A DNA stretch of 35,645 nucleotides, taken from a virus. The stretch is taken from IMG/VR virus record IMGVR_UViG_3300045988_027218, positions 1-35,645 of that record. One strand, given 5' to 3'. The notes under the pieces are model-generated. The model saw only the letters and a program-made list of their open reading frames with translations, had not been told where the DNA came from and did not search any database. The position numbers were made by a program, and so were the translations under genes. Positions 23,277 to 33,040 of the stretch are shown piece after piece; the first letter of the stretch is position 1; every line of letters begins with the position of its first letter.

Positions 23277-24146
23277 ATAGCAAATCAAATTGCATTAGCT
23301 AAAACGTATGTTTCAAATTTAGATGAAGTTTACAAGTTAGCTTCAGTAACAGGCGATTTAAACGCCGACGCTACAATGGTAAGAGCCGGAGCAAACGCAA
23401 AAGAAATCATCTATCCACAAATTTCTGTTAAAGGTTTAGGAAACTACGATAGAAATAGCGGATATACATCAAATTCAGTTAAATTAGAATGGAAGACTGC
23501 TACATTTGATTACGATAGAGGAACAAAGATTGCAGTTGATACACAAGATAACACAGAATCAATGAATATTGCATTCGGTATGGCAGGAGCGGAATTAATG
23601 CGTACAAAGGTTGCGCCGGAAGCAGACGCTTACACATTCGCTAAGATTGCCGGAACAACAGGTATCACAAAGGTTTCAGAAGATTATACAGGTGCAGAAG
23701 AGTTCTTGAGCGCATTATTAACGGCTATCACTAAAATGGATGAGGATGAAGTTCCTAGCGAACAACGTATCTTGTATTCAACACCAACATTATTGAATAG
23801 CGTTAAGGCATTGGACACTTACAAATCTCGTGAAGCTTTACAAGGATTTGCAAAGGTTGTTCCTGTACCTTCAACACGTTTCTATACAAAGATTAAATTG
23901 TTGAGCGGAGCAGATACAGAAACAGATGGTGGATTCACTAAAGCGGAAGATGGGCACGCAATTAACTTCTTAATTGTTCACAAGCCTGCCGTTATGAAGT
24001 GGGATAAACACACTGTTTCAAATGTAATTCCTGCAAGCAATAACATTGAATCAGATTCAGATGTATTGAAGTATCGTAAGTATGGAATCGTTGATGTATA
24101 CGCAAATAAGGTGGCAGGTATCTACTTATCTGCTAGTGCGAAGTAA
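23277..24146 (+). CDS. major capsid protein, ATA start
   Basis: The frame opens at 23274. SD AAGGAGGA (23262-23269) is followed by 7 nt and then ATA. The extension (M)ANQIALAKTYVSNLDEVYKLASVTGDLNADAT precedes the first ATG (23376) and matches the recalled capsid N-terminus (...Y...LDEVYK.as.t..L). Confidence 0.8.
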   Translation: MANQIALAKTYVSNLDEVYKLASVTGDLNADATMVRAGANAKEIIYPQISVKGLGNYDRNSGYTSNSVKLEWKTATFDYDRGTKIAVDTQDNTESMNIAFGMAGAELMRTKVAPEADAYTFAKIAGTTGITKVSEDYTGAEEFLSALLTAITKMDEDEVPSEQRILYSTPTLLNSVKALDTYKSREALQGFAKVVPVPSTRFYTKIKLLSGADTETDGGFTKAEDGHAINFLIVHKPAVMKWDKHTVSNVIPASNNIESDSDVLKYRKYGIVDVYANKVAGIYLSASAK

Positions 24147-24250
24147 TGGCAACGGTAATCGGTTGGGGTTATCCTTCTAAAGTTGAAAAGCCTAAAAAAG
24201 GTAAACCTCAAACAGAAAAAGAGGAAGCTAAACCTCAAAAAGAAAAATAG
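24146..24250 (+). CDS. possible small Lys-rich protein (34 aa)
   Basis: A TAATG overlap links it to the capsid stop. It translates as MATVIGWGYPSKVEKPKKGKPQTEKEEAKPQKEK. It has no SD, so it would depend on translational coupling. Confidence 0.25.
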   Translation: MATVIGWGYPSKVEKPKKGKPQTEKEEAKPQKEK

Positions 24251-24269
24251 CTAAAAAGGGGGTTGTAAA

Positions 24270-24617
24270 ATGAACAATATTTTAGATTGGGAATATTACA
24301 ATTCCAATTTTCCTAAATTCGATGAAAATCAATTCAATCAGTATTCTTACAAAGCCGAGGCAATGGTATTGAAGTATGTGAATGTTGATTCTATTAACGA
24401 ACAGAACGAAAGTACTTTAAAAGATTGTATCTGTGATGTCTTAAACAATGTAATCTTTCAAGATTCGATTGATGGCGTATCAAGTATCTCAAATGGTGGA
24501 TATTCCAAAAGCTTTACAAACACTACACACTCAGACAAAAGAAACATGCTTGAGGATATCATAGCCTTTTGGTTAGGTGATACAGATTTAATGAAAGAAA
24601 GATGGATTGCATTATGA
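24270..24617 (+). CDS. head-tail connector/adaptor protein (putative)
   Basis: Called from its position after the capsid gene. SD AAAGGGGG upstream; 115 aa. Confidence 0.5.
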   Translation: MNNILDWEYYNSNFPKFDENQFNQYSYKAEAMVLKYVNVDSINEQNESTLKDCICDVLNNVIFQDSIDGVSSISNGGYSKSFTNTTHSDKRNMLEDIIAFWLGDTDLMKERWIAL

Positions 24618-25033
24618 CAGGTTTCTTTGAAGATTCAATCACGCTTGTTAATCACTACTACGATACATTGACAAGAGAAGATAAGTTTCAAGCTTCTATA
24701 CTTGATAAATGTATGTGGAGACAATCAACTGTTAGAACTGCAAACGGTAATATTATGAGCATAGCCACATCCACAAATATTACCATTCTATATCGTGAGG
24801 GATATGTTGAACCTTACGCATATGCAAAACTTTCAAATGATGAGAAACAAAAGCACTTTACATTGAATACAGATAAGACAGATTTCGTATTTTTTGGAGA
24901 AGTGAAAGAAGATTTATCCACAATTAAAGCAATAAACGAAGCTAAAAAGAAATACAAATGGACAACAATTCAAAGCGTAACAGATTGTACGAATGTCGAT
25001 ATGTTGAAGCATTGGGAGGTTGTAGGTCAATAG
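24614..25033 (+). CDS. head-closure / minor capsid-type protein (putative)
   Basis: ATG 24614 lies in an ATGA overlap with the upstream stop, giving MTGFFEDSITLVNHY... The ORF-track start 24602 has no SD. Confidence 0.5.
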   Translation: MTGFFEDSITLVNHYYDTLTREDKFQASILDKCMWRQSTVRTANGNIMSIATSTNITILYREGYVEPYAYAKLSNDEKQKHFTLNTDKTDFVFFGEVKEDLSTIKAINEAKKKYKWTTIQSVTDCTNVDMLKHWEVVGQ

Positions 25034-25035
25034 GA

Positions 25036-25392
25036 ATGAAAGTCAAACTTGATGTTAAATCACTTCAAGAATTTAAACAATCAAGAGGACTTGAAGAACG
25101 TGGACGAGTTCAACAAATGATTGATTCTGAAGTCATTAGGCTTATGACCCCTTATACGCCTAGAGACACAGGAGCATTGATAAACTCGGCTACACGATTA
25201 ACACAAATCGGTAGTGGATTAGTAAAGCAAGGTGGACCAAGTGCTCCATATGCTAGACGGTGGTATTACAATAAAGAGAATGCTCATTTCGTAGGAGGTA
25301 AAACAGACCATTGGTTCAAAAAAGCTATGCGAAATGGTGGAGCAGAGACAATCTTAAAGAAAGCACAACAAATGATAGGAGGTAGTGAATGA
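25036..25392 (+). CDS. HK97 gp10-like tail-completion / minor capsid-type protein
   Basis: ...LMTPYTPRDTGALINSAT... is the recalled gp10-like motif. ATG 25036 comes just after the upstream stop. Confidence 0.55.
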   Translation: MKVKLDVKSLQEFKQSRGLEERGRVQQMIDSEVIRLMTPYTPRDTGALINSATRLTQIGSGLVKQGGPSAPYARRWYYNKENAHFVGGKTDHWFKKAMRNGGAETILKKAQQMIGGSE

Positions 25393-25802
25393 CAGTATCA
25401 AAAGCGTTGATTCAATGGCTTTACGGCTATGGAAATATACAGATAGATGAACGTATTGAAACGGATGTTTTAGCGCAACAAGCTATCTCTTATGCATTGT
25501 ATAAAGAACCTAATGCAATTGTAGATACGTTCATTGACGGCTCTCAAATGCGTACAGAATACTACACGTTTCTAGCTCGTAGGAATACACAAATCGAAGC
25601 CGAAAGGCAAGACAACAATTCTTTCTTAGAAGAATTAGGAGAATGGATTGACGAAAAGAATTTAAATGGAGAATTGCTACAACTAGACGGAAACAAATAT
25701 TGTGATGATGTTTCCGTTTCAAGTGGTTTATATCTATACACAAATGAGGATAGTCAAGCAGTATATGCATTAACTATTCAAATTAAATACAGAAAGGATT
25801 AA
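25389..25802 (+). CDS. tail terminator / minor capsid 3-type protein (putative)
   Basis: ATGA overlap with the upstream gene. The product begins MTVSKALIQWLYGYGNIQ... and has the pattern ...YYTFLARRNTQ...NNSFLEELGEWI. Confidence 0.5.
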   Translation: MTVSKALIQWLYGYGNIQIDERIETDVLAQQAISYALYKEPNAIVDTFIDGSQMRTEYYTFLARRNTQIEAERQDNNSFLEELGEWIDEKNLNGELLQLDGNKYCDDVSVSSGLYLYTNEDSQAVYALTIQIKYRKD

Positions 25803-25823
25803 ATACAGAAAGGAGCTTAATTA

Positions 25824-26330
25824 ATAGCAACTCAAGGAACTGAAGTAAATACAGGACAGACAGTCAAGAAGTATATGATTGGATTGTTCTTACAAATGGG
25901 AGAAGGTTACAAGCGAATTAAGAAATCTACAACTTTAGATATTTCATTTAACAGTGAAACTGAAACGTATGACTTTATCGCAGATAAGAACCCAACCGAA
26001 TCATTAAAGAGTTATTCACCTCAGATTTCGCAAGATTTAACAATGATTAAAGGCGAAGATGACTTTGAATATATTTACGAACAAATGATGAAGTCCGTAC
26101 CAAACAATGAAGAAGTAAATACAAAAGCTTTACTTGTATTCATGTTTGACGGAGACAAAACAAAAGGATACAAGGCGTGGGAAGTTGACGCTAAATTGAT
26201 TTTCGATACGTTAAGTGGTGTTGATTCAAAAATCAATTTCAACATTAACTTTGCAAGCGATATTCGTGTCGGTGTTGCAAAGGTAGCAGATGGAACAGTA
26301 ACCTTCACAGAAGGCACATCAGAAGTATAA
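25824..26330 (+). CDS. major tail protein, ATA start
   Basis: SD GAAAGGAG (25808-25815) is followed by 8 nt and then ATA. The product begins (M)ATQGTEVNTGQTVKKYMIGLFLQMGEGYKRIKKSTTLDISFNSETETYDFIADKNPT. The initiation region TTAATTAATAGCAA is identical to that of the capsid gene. Confidence 0.75.
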   Translation: MATQGTEVNTGQTVKKYMIGLFLQMGEGYKRIKKSTTLDISFNSETETYDFIADKNPTESLKSYSPQISQDLTMIKGEDDFEYIYEQMMKSVPNNEEVNTKALLVFMFDGDKTKGYKAWEVDAKLIFDTLSGVDSKINFNINFASDIRVGVAKVADGTVTFTEGTSEV

Positions 26331-26348
26331 AGAAAGAAGAGGTAAATC

Positions 26349-26711
26349 ATGAATAGAATCACGTATGAAGGGAAACAGTATGAAATCCCACCTAAAACAA
26401 TTGAAGTATTAAAAGCAGAGGACGCTTGTAACGCATTTCACGCTACGCATGAAGAAGCATATCGAGCAAAATTCGACTATCTGAAAACAGTATTAACAGA
26501 TGAACAAATTGAAAGCATGTTAGGAAGTGCAGACTTTGAACAGGTTGATTTGATGGAAGTATTGTATATTGTCAATTTGATTGATGATGAATATTCAAAG
26601 AAAACGGTTGAACAGTTAGAAAAGAAATTAAAAACAACATTCGGAACAAATGGAATGAAGCAATTTCTTGACGCAAGCAAAACTGTTTCTAGCATTTCGG
26701 CGAAGAAATGA
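26349..26711 (+). CDS. tail assembly chaperone (putative)
   Basis: Called from its position between the major tail and tape-measure genes. SD AGAGGT upstream. Confidence 0.5.
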   Translation: MNRITYEGKQYEIPPKTIEVLKAEDACNAFHATHEEAYRAKFDYLKTVLTDEQIESMLGSADFEQVDLMEVLYIVNLIDDEYSKKTVEQLEKKLKTTFGTNGMKQFLDASKTVSSISAKK

Positions 26712-27271
26712 TTGATTTACGCATAAAAGGCTTGCCAAATAGCATTCAGTCGCTAGATGGCGAGCCTATTTTATTAAATACAGACTTTCGGTTGTGGATA
26801 AGATTCTATGAAGAATTTGAAAGATTCAATAATCATATCATTGATGAAATAGATTGCTCTTATTTATTCGTAGATGAACCACCTATCATAGATAAGCATA
26901 TTTTAAAAGAGTTAGAACGATTCCTATATAACCCTTCTAGTACGCCTAGAAGTGATTCTACAGGCGTTAAGACATTAGACTATGTGCAAGATGGGGAATA
27001 TATTTATTCGGCATTTATGCAACTTTACGGCATTGATTTAACTGAATGTGATATGCATTGGCATAAGTTTCTAGCATTAGCAAATAATATTGTTGGTGAT
27101 TCTACATTGTGGGGATATGCAAAGAGTGTTAGAGGATATGAAAAACCTTCAAAAAATGATACACAAGATAAAGCATATCAAAGAGCAAAAGAAGCGTGGT
27201 CTTTCCCAATCGAATTAACAATAGAGGAACAAGAAATGAAGGATGAATTTGATTCATATTTCGATGTTTAG
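26708..27271 (+). CDS. Gp15-like tail protein (A118 gp15 type)
   Basis: MIDLRIKGLPNSIQSLDGEPILLNTDFRLWIRFYEE... matches the recalled Phage_Gp15 N-terminus. ATGA overlap with the upstream gene. Confidence 0.55.
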   Translation: MIDLRIKGLPNSIQSLDGEPILLNTDFRLWIRFYEEFERFNNHIIDEIDCSYLFVDEPPIIDKHILKELERFLYNPSSTPRSDSTGVKTLDYVQDGEYIYSAFMQLYGIDLTECDMHWHKFLALANNIVGDSTLWGYAKSVRGYEKPSKNDTQDKAYQRAKEAWSFPIELTIEEQEMKDEFDSYFDV

Positions 27272-27291
27272 AAAAGGAGGTGGCAAATTGA

Positions 27292-29871
27292 ATATCAGAC
27301 GGAACATTAAAGTTTGATACAAAGATAGATACAAGTGGTCTTGAAAATGGTATTAAATCGGTTAGTGATGTATCAAATAAAGCTACAAATGCTATTAAAG
27401 ATACTTCAAATGCGATAGATAAGTTAGGTTCTGAAGGTTCAAAAGCACCACCAAAGATTAAAAATAAACTTAAAGATTTAAATGAAGAGCAAAAGAATAC
27501 ACAAACAGAAACGCAAGAAACAGGTTCTAAATTTGATGTATTTAAACAAGTAGGAAACAGTGCCTTAGAATCAATTCAAGGTGGGTTTGATGGATTACTA
27601 GAGAAGATTCAAAATATTAGTCCGGAAGCAACTACAATCACTGAAACCCTAACAGGATTAGGCGTAGGAGGTGTTGTAGGCGTTACTGCCGTAGCAGGAG
27701 CTATCGGTGGAATGGAATTAGCAATTAAGACAGGTGTAAATCAAGCTACTGAATTAGATGACGCTATGGCTAAACTCCAAGCTCAGACAGGTGCTTCAAG
27801 CAATGAAATGAGCAAATTTAAAAACATTGCTCGTGATGTTTGGTCTAATAATTTTGGTGAAGATATTTCAGATGTTGCCGATATGATGGGCAGAGTCAAG
27901 CAACAAATGCAAGGCATAAGTGATGTTGACCTAAAGAACGTGACCGAGGATTTATTAACTTTAAGAGATACATTCGATATGGATGAGAATGAAACTCTTA
28001 GAGGTGCTCAACAATTAATGAAGCAGTTCGGAATCACTTCTCAAGAAGCTTTTGACCTTATGGCTACAGGTGCTCAGAATGGTTTAAACAAATCAGATGA
28101 GTTAGGCGACAACATTTCAGAATACTCCGGTAAATTCGCACAAGCAGGATATTCGGCAGATGAATATTTCCAATTAATGCAGAATGGATTAGATGGTGGA
28201 GCTTATAACCTTGATAAAGTAAATGACGCAATCAACGAAGTTACCACAAGGTTAGTTGATGGAACTATTGAAGGAGCTTTAGATAGTTTTGATACCAAGA
28301 CGCAAGATGTCTTTAAAGCTTGGCAAGAAGGAAGAGCAACTCAGAAAGATGTTGTAAATGCGATTGTAAAAGATATTTCAAAGACTACAAATGAACAAGA
28401 AAAGTTGAATAAATCGGCAACGGCTTTCGGTACAATGGGAGAAGATTTCAACGCCGGCTTTATTGAATCCTTAACAACGGTAGGAAATAAATATAAAGAT
28501 GTAGAAGGGGCAATGGATAAAGTCAAAGAAATTGCAAATGGTGGCTTAAAGAATGCTTTAAGTGGCTTAGGACGTGCATTTCTTGATTCATTTACTCCAA
28601 TAGGCGAACTTATTACCCCTATTCTTGCAGGTATCATCGGATTAATTACAGTAGCTATACAAGGTATTCAACAAGGATTTGTTAAAGTTGGTGATGTAAT
28701 TTCAAGTGTGTTAAGCAAGATTGATACAAGTGGAATTACAGAATTGACAAGTCAAGTTTCAGAGGTGTTAGCTCCTGCTTTTGATGAGGTCAGAAAAGCG
28801 ATTGACGAAATGAAAGTTGCTCTTGAACCTATTGCAAAAGAAATCTTAGGTAAAATTGGTAACGCAATTCAAAATGTTGTTAACCAAGCTCAAAAGATTC
28901 TTAGCGTTGTAGGACCACCGATTCTAGCAATCATTAAGAAGATTATTCAAACAGTTATCGGTATGACTCCTGTAATAACATCTATCCTTCAAGTAGTTGG
29001 AAGTGTGGTAAGTGGAATCATTTCATTTATAACTATGGTTGTGACGTATGTCGGAACTGCAATTGCAACAATACTAGGATTTATCATGCCTATTGTTCAA
29101 ATCATAGCTACAATCGTAGCGAATATTTGGTCTGTAATATTAACGGTTGCTCAGAATATTTGGAGTAAGGTTAGCGAAGTAGTTACTGCGATTATTGGAT
29201 TTGTAAGCAATTTATTTAAGACGGTTTCGGACATCATAAACAATATTTGGAGTAAGATTCAAGATTCCATGAACAAGGTAAGAGACAAGGTTCAAGGTGT
29301 TATTGATAATATCAATAAATATTTCAATAATGTTAAGAGTACTGTTTCAGATGTATTCAATGGAATTTGGTCTAAGGTACAAAGTGTAATGGACAATGTA
29401 GGGAATAAAATTTCAAATGTTCTACAAGGAATACAAAATGCATGGAGCGGTTTAAAAGGATTTGTAGGTGGTGTATTTGGTGGAATTGAAGGAGCAGTTA
29501 GTTCATTAGTTGGAAGTGTAAAAGGAATGGTAAATGGTGTTATCGGTGGCATTAACGGTGCAATCGGTATCATCAATAAGATTCCCGGTGTACATATCGG
29601 AAGGATTCCAAGATTGGAACGTGGTGGTGTATTAAAACGTGGACAAATCGGTTTATTGGAAGGTAATGGAGCAGAAGCAGTCGTACCATTAGAAAAAAAT
29701 AAAGCGTGGATTCGTGCCGTAGCTAAAGATATGGCTCAAATCATGCCTAGTGTAACCACAAATAACAACGGACAAACAATTAACTTCTACAATAAAGTTC
29801 AAAGTCCGGATGAAATCGCTAGAATGTTACGTATGCAAGCAAGATATGGATATGGAGGTGTAGTTCAATAG
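27292..29871 (+). CDS. tape measure protein, ATA start
   Basis: The frame opens at TGA 27289-27291, directly before ATA 27292. SD AAAGGAGGTGG (27273-27283) lies 8 nt upstream. The 140 codons (M)SDGTLKFDTKIDTSGLENGIKSV... precede the first ATG (27712) and form a typical TMP N-terminus. The protein has a long helical/hydrophobic core with repeated NIWSK motifs. Confidence 0.85.
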   Translation: MSDGTLKFDTKIDTSGLENGIKSVSDVSNKATNAIKDTSNAIDKLGSEGSKAPPKIKNKLKDLNEEQKNTQTETQETGSKFDVFKQVGNSALESIQGGFDGLLEKIQNISPEATTITETLTGLGVGGVVGVTAVAGAIGGMELAIKTGVNQATELDDAMAKLQAQTGASSNEMSKFKNIARDVWSNNFGEDISDVADMMGRVKQQMQGISDVDLKNVTEDLLTLRDTFDMDENETLRGAQQLMKQFGITSQEAFDLMATGAQNGLNKSDELGDNISEYSGKFAQAGYSADEYFQLMQNGLDGGAYNLDKVNDAINEVTTRLVDGTIEGALDSFDTKTQDVFKAWQEGRATQKDVVNAIVKDISKTTNEQEKLNKSATAFGTMGEDFNAGFIESLTTVGNKYKDVEGAMDKVKEIANGGLKNALSGLGRAFLDSFTPIGELITPILAGIIGLITVAIQGIQQGFVKVGDVISSVLSKIDTSGITELTSQVSEVLAPAFDEVRKAIDEMKVALEPIAKEILGKIGNAIQNVVNQAQKILSVVGPPILAIIKKIIQTVIGMTPVITSILQVVGSVVSGIISFITMVVTYVGTAIATILGFIMPIVQIIATIVANIWSVILTVAQNIWSKVSEVVTAIIGFVSNLFKTVSDIINNIWSKIQDSMNKVRDKVQGVIDNINKYFNNVKSTVSDVFNGIWSKVQSVMDNVGNKISNVLQGIQNAWSGLKGFVGGVFGGIEGAVSSLVGSVKGMVNGVIGGINGAIGIINKIPGVHIGRIPRLERGGVLKRGQIGLLEGNGAEAVVPLEKNKAWIRAVAKDMAQIMPSVTTNNNGQTINFYNKVQSPDEIARMLRMQARYGYGGVVQ

Positions 29872-30737
29872 ATATCAATAAAGTAAGAGTTATTGTCCGA
29901 AGGGACGACGGCAAAGAATTTGAAATTGATAACAAAAGATGGAGAATACCATCTAGTGATGGTTTAGATGGATTTGATTATGTAGCACCTTCGTATACTA
30001 CCCAAGACAACGCATTCGGAAATGGTGCTAGATTAATCGGTTCACGTATTCCCACAAAAGAAAGAAGCGTGAAAGCTACCTTTAAAGGCTCACTAGAAGA
30101 AAAAAGAGAAGAAAGGGAGAAGCTACGGCGCTTCTTCCAATATTCTCATGTATTTGATGTGATAGTTGAGTACATGGGAGAAAAGAAATATTGCAGAGGT
30201 CGTTTATATGCATATAGCTTGCCTACTGTTAACATCTACAAAGATTTAGAGCTTAACTTTACAATTCTATGCACACAACCTTTATTGCTTTCATTTGATA
30301 ATTTTGCAAGGAATATCGCAGAAATTGGTGAAGGTTTAGCGTTCAACTTTGAAATACCGGAGACAGGTGTAAACTTTGGAACATTTACATTCGCTAGAGA
30401 AATCTATATTGACAATCAAGGCGATACAGAAACATACTGTAGAGCCGTTATTGAAGCATTTGGAGAGGTAACAAATCCGAAACTATTTAACAAGGATAAA
30501 TATATTCGTGTATTAGATACGCTACACAATGGTGATGTGTTAGAAATTGATTTAGTTTCTGAACCTATTTCGATAAAGAAAAATGGTGTGAATTGTATCG
30601 GCAAAGTTGATAGAACATCATCATTCAATGATATGACGATTCAGTTAGGCGAGAATATCATAGGATATACGGCAGACAATGGAGATACGAATCTAGCTTG
30701 CACGGTTTATTACAATGAAAGGTATTTAGGTTTATAG
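29868..30737 (+). CDS. distal tail protein (Dit), ATA start
   Basis: ATA 29868 overlaps the TMP TAG stop (caATAGat). SD GGAGGTG (29854-29860) lies 7 nt upstream. The 67 codons (M)DINKVRVIVRRDDGKEFEIDNKRWRIPSSDGLDGFDYVAPSYTTQDNAFGNGARLIGSRIPTKERS precede the first canonical codon, GTG 30069. Confidence 0.75.
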   Translation: MDINKVRVIVRRDDGKEFEIDNKRWRIPSSDGLDGFDYVAPSYTTQDNAFGNGARLIGSRIPTKERSVKATFKGSLEEKREEREKLRRFFQYSHVFDVIVEYMGEKKYCRGRLYAYSLPTVNIYKDLELNFTILCTQPLLLSFDNFARNIAEIGEGLAFNFEIPETGVNFGTFTFAREIYIDNQGDTETYCRAVIEAFGEVTNPKLFNKDKYIRVLDTLHNGDVLEIDLVSEPISIKKNGVNCIGKVDRTSSFNDMTIQLGENIIGYTADNGDTNLACTVYYNERYLGL

Positions 30738-30738
30738 T

Positions 30739-31752
30739 ATGTCTTATTTTGGATTAGATAAAGATTTCAATATTGTTACACATCTAGCACCTTATAACGT
30801 GCAGTGGAATCGGCGATATTATGAAACAGGAGATTTCGAGATTTATATTGATATAGGGCAGTATTCAAGTAATATCAAATATATTTATTCGACTGATGAT
30901 AAAGAGCTAGGAATCGTAGAAATACCGCATTATTCCGTTTCAAACAACACGAAACAAATGTTGCTAAAAGGTTCATTTTTTGAAAAGATTCTAGCAGATG
31001 ATTGTATTTATCCTACGTTCTCAAGCAGTGGAAAAATTGTTGATGTTGTCAAAAAGCTATTAGACAAGTATTGTTCATGGAAAATGGGGTATAGATATGA
31101 TGAATCCATCACAGATAGAGTAGACTTTCAAGAAACAGGAGAGAACCTTGATAAGAAGTTATATGAGTTACTCTATCCGTTAGAATTGTCTTTCCGTATA
31201 GAATATGACTATGTGTCAAGTACGTTCACATTCGTGTTGTATCGAGGTCGTGATTTAACTCAGAACAATGCAGATGGAAACAACTTTGTTACCTTTTCAA
31301 CAGAGTTTGGAAACATTGAAGAACCGGACGTTATGATTGACTCAAGTAAATACAAGAACTATGCAATCATTTGTGGCGAAGGACAATCAGAAGAGCGTAT
31401 ATACGTTGAATATGACGCTAGAATAGATAAGAATGAAAGAATCAAAAAGTTATTCGTAGACGCACGTTCTGAGCGTATGGGGGATGATGTGACGCTTGAG
31501 GATTACAAGAAAGCATTGATTCAAAAAGGAATTGAAAAACTAGCAGATTGTCAAATTCAAGAAAATGTGAATTTCGGATTGAATACTGATTCATACGAAT
31601 ACAAGGTTGATTTTGATTTAGGCGATAAGGTGGATGTTATAGTAGCAGATATTGGACTAGTAATGACGGCAAGAATTAGAAATATATTTGAAGTCATTAA
31701 GAGTGGATACAGAACCTTAGAATTAGAGGTTGATAATTTAAAAATTATGTAA
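30739..31752 (+). CDS. tail-associated (Tal-like / baseplate hub N-domain) protein
   Basis: It follows Dit; 337 aa, beginning MSYFGLDKDFNIVTHLAPYNVQWNRRYYETGDFEIYI... Confidence 0.55.
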   Translation: MSYFGLDKDFNIVTHLAPYNVQWNRRYYETGDFEIYIDIGQYSSNIKYIYSTDDKELGIVEIPHYSVSNNTKQMLLKGSFFEKILADDCIYPTFSSSGKIVDVVKKLLDKYCSWKMGYRYDESITDRVDFQETGENLDKKLYELLYPLELSFRIEYDYVSSTFTFVLYRGRDLTQNNADGNNFVTFSTEFGNIEEPDVMIDSSKYKNYAIICGEGQSEERIYVEYDARIDKNERIKKLFVDARSERMGDDVTLEDYKKALIQKGIEKLADCQIQENVNFGLNTDSYEYKVDFDLGDKVDVIVADIGLVMTARIRNIFEVIKSGYRTLELEVDNLKIM

Positions 31753-31764
31753 GGAGTGAATTTA

Positions 31765-32271
31765 ATAGAAAAGAACAATGGAGGATTTAAACAAATAACA
31801 AGAAGTATGTATTTTCTAGACAAGATGAATGCAATGGGCGGTGTAGCAGTTGCCGTATTAACATATGTTTTAGGTGAACATTGGTATTTATTTGCATTCT
31901 TCTTATTTATGAATATTGTGGATTATATTACAGGGTGCATGAAGTCGGCGATTAATCACAAAATCAATAGCAATAAAGGATGGATTGGAGTCCTTAAAAA
32001 GCTAGGCTATTGGATTATGATTGTAGTTGCGTTCACATTCAGTGCATTCTTGGTAGAAATTGGAAAAATGCTAGGAATTGATTTTCATGTAACAACATTA
32101 GTAGGTTGGTTTGTATTGGCTTCTTTATGTATTAATGAAGTGCGTAGCATTATTGAGAACCTTGTACAATGTGGATATAGCGTGCCTAACGTATTAACTA
32201 AAGGATTAGAAGTAGCAGATAAACTCGTTAACGAAGAACAAGACAATGACGAATCAAGTACCTTGGAATAA
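31765..32271 (+). CDS. holin (phage_holin_4 / LL-H type); the long form possibly starts at ATA
   Basis: FFLFMNIVDYITGCMKSAINHKINSNKGWIGVLKKLGYWIMIVV is the recalled holin-4 pattern, with three hydrophobic segments. SD AAGGAG (31751-31756) is followed by 8 nt and then ATA 31765. The in-frame ATGs at 31807, 31825 and 31834 have no SD. The ORF-track GTG 31756 lies inside the SD. Confidence 0.7.
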   Translation: MEKNNGGFKQITRSMYFLDKMNAMGGVAVAVLTYVLGEHWYLFAFFLFMNIVDYITGCMKSAINHKINSNKGWIGVLKKLGYWIMIVVAFTFSAFLVEIGKMLGIDFHVTTLVGWFVLASLCINEVRSIIENLVQCGYSVPNVLTKGLEVADKLVNEEQDNDESSTLE

Positions 32272-32446
32272 GATTATCCTTGAAGAATTTATTAATCTAG
32301 CTTTATTAACTAAAGATGAAGAAATGATTTTAAGAACTAGAATATACGGATGGACAGTCAGAGAACAAGCCGATAGATTAAATATGAGTGTTTCTAGTGT
32401 TAACAGAATCATCAAAAGAATAAAGAACAAGTATGATGAAGTATAG
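32246..32446 (+). CDS. small sigma-70 region-4-like HTH protein
   Basis: LTKDEEMILRTRIYGWTVREQADRLNMSVSSVNRIIKRIKNKY. The gene overlaps the 3' end of the holin gene. Confidence 0.5.
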   Translation: MTNQVPWNKIILEEFINLALLTKDEEMILRTRIYGWTVREQADRLNMSVSSVNRIIKRIKNKYDEV

Positions 32447-32510
32447 AAGTATAGCGCAGTTTTACCACCAAGAAAAAGCAGTGAAAAAGAAACGTATCTA
32501 GATGAGAATT

Positions 32511-32536
32511 AAGAGGTTGAAAGACCTCTTTTTTTT
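32511..32536 (+). terminator. rho-independent terminator
   Basis: Stem AAGAGGT (32511-32517) / ACCTCTT (32524-32530) followed by T8. Confidence 0.65.
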
Positions 32537-32545
32537 GACATTTAT

Positions 32546-32574
32546 TTGACATTAATGTGGAAACAAATTGAAAT
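32546..32574 (+). promoter_or_regulatory. candidate promoter of the holin-lysin intervening cassette
   Basis: TTGACA (32546-32551; another TTGACA lies at 32535-32540), 17 nt of spacer, then TGAAAT (32569-32574). Confidence 0.3.
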
Positions 32575-32614
32575 TGCTCATGAATATAATTAGGAGTGTA
32601 AAGAGGTGAGCGAA

Positions 32615-33040
32615 ATGTATAATCCAATTAATGACAGAATCAACAATTTAATGAATCAAAAACAGATGATTGAATCGCAATTACAAAACATTCAACAATT
32701 AGCAAATATTCCACCTATTAACATCAACAACCAAATCACGCCTAACATGGCATTGAATGATTTTAATGGAAAATGGGTCAATAATGAGCAAGAAGCAAGG
32801 AATATGATGGTGAATGGTTTGCCTAGTATTATGCTAGATAGAAATGATTCAGTATTCTATATGAAGTCTTTAGACGGCAGTTTCAAAAAATACAGATTCC
32901 AAGAAGAAACAGAACCAAAGAAAGATAACATAGAACAACGCTTAGACAAGCTAGAAGCTATGATATTAGGTCTAACAAACGGAAGTAATATAAATACAAA
33001 GGCAGAGAAAGAAACGCCTAGAAAGGAGCTTAAAGTGTGA
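32615..33040 (+). CDS. uncharacterised protein (Q/N-rich N-terminus, conserved-looking C-terminal domain)
   Basis: ATG 32615 follows AAGAGGTG. The product begins MYNPINDRINNLMNQKQ... and contains GKWVNNEQEARNMMVNGLPSIMLDRNDSVFYMKSLDGSFKKYRFQE. I recall similar prophage proteins in Clostridia, function unknown. Confidence 0.6.
   Translation: MYNPINDRINNLMNQKQMIESQLQNIQQLANIPPININNQITPNMALNDFNGKWVNNEQEARNMMVNGLPSIMLDRNDSVFYMKSLDGSFKKYRFQEETEPKKDNIEQRLDKLEAMILGLTNGSNINTKAEKETPRKELKV

Noticed and set aside
26349-27271. There could be a programmed -1 frameshift between the two genes upstream of the tape measure (the G/GT chaperone paradigm).
   Set aside because: The second ORF has its own ATG in an ATGA overlap. 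I saw no slippery heptamer near the end of the first ORF. The second protein looks like an independent Gp15-type protein.
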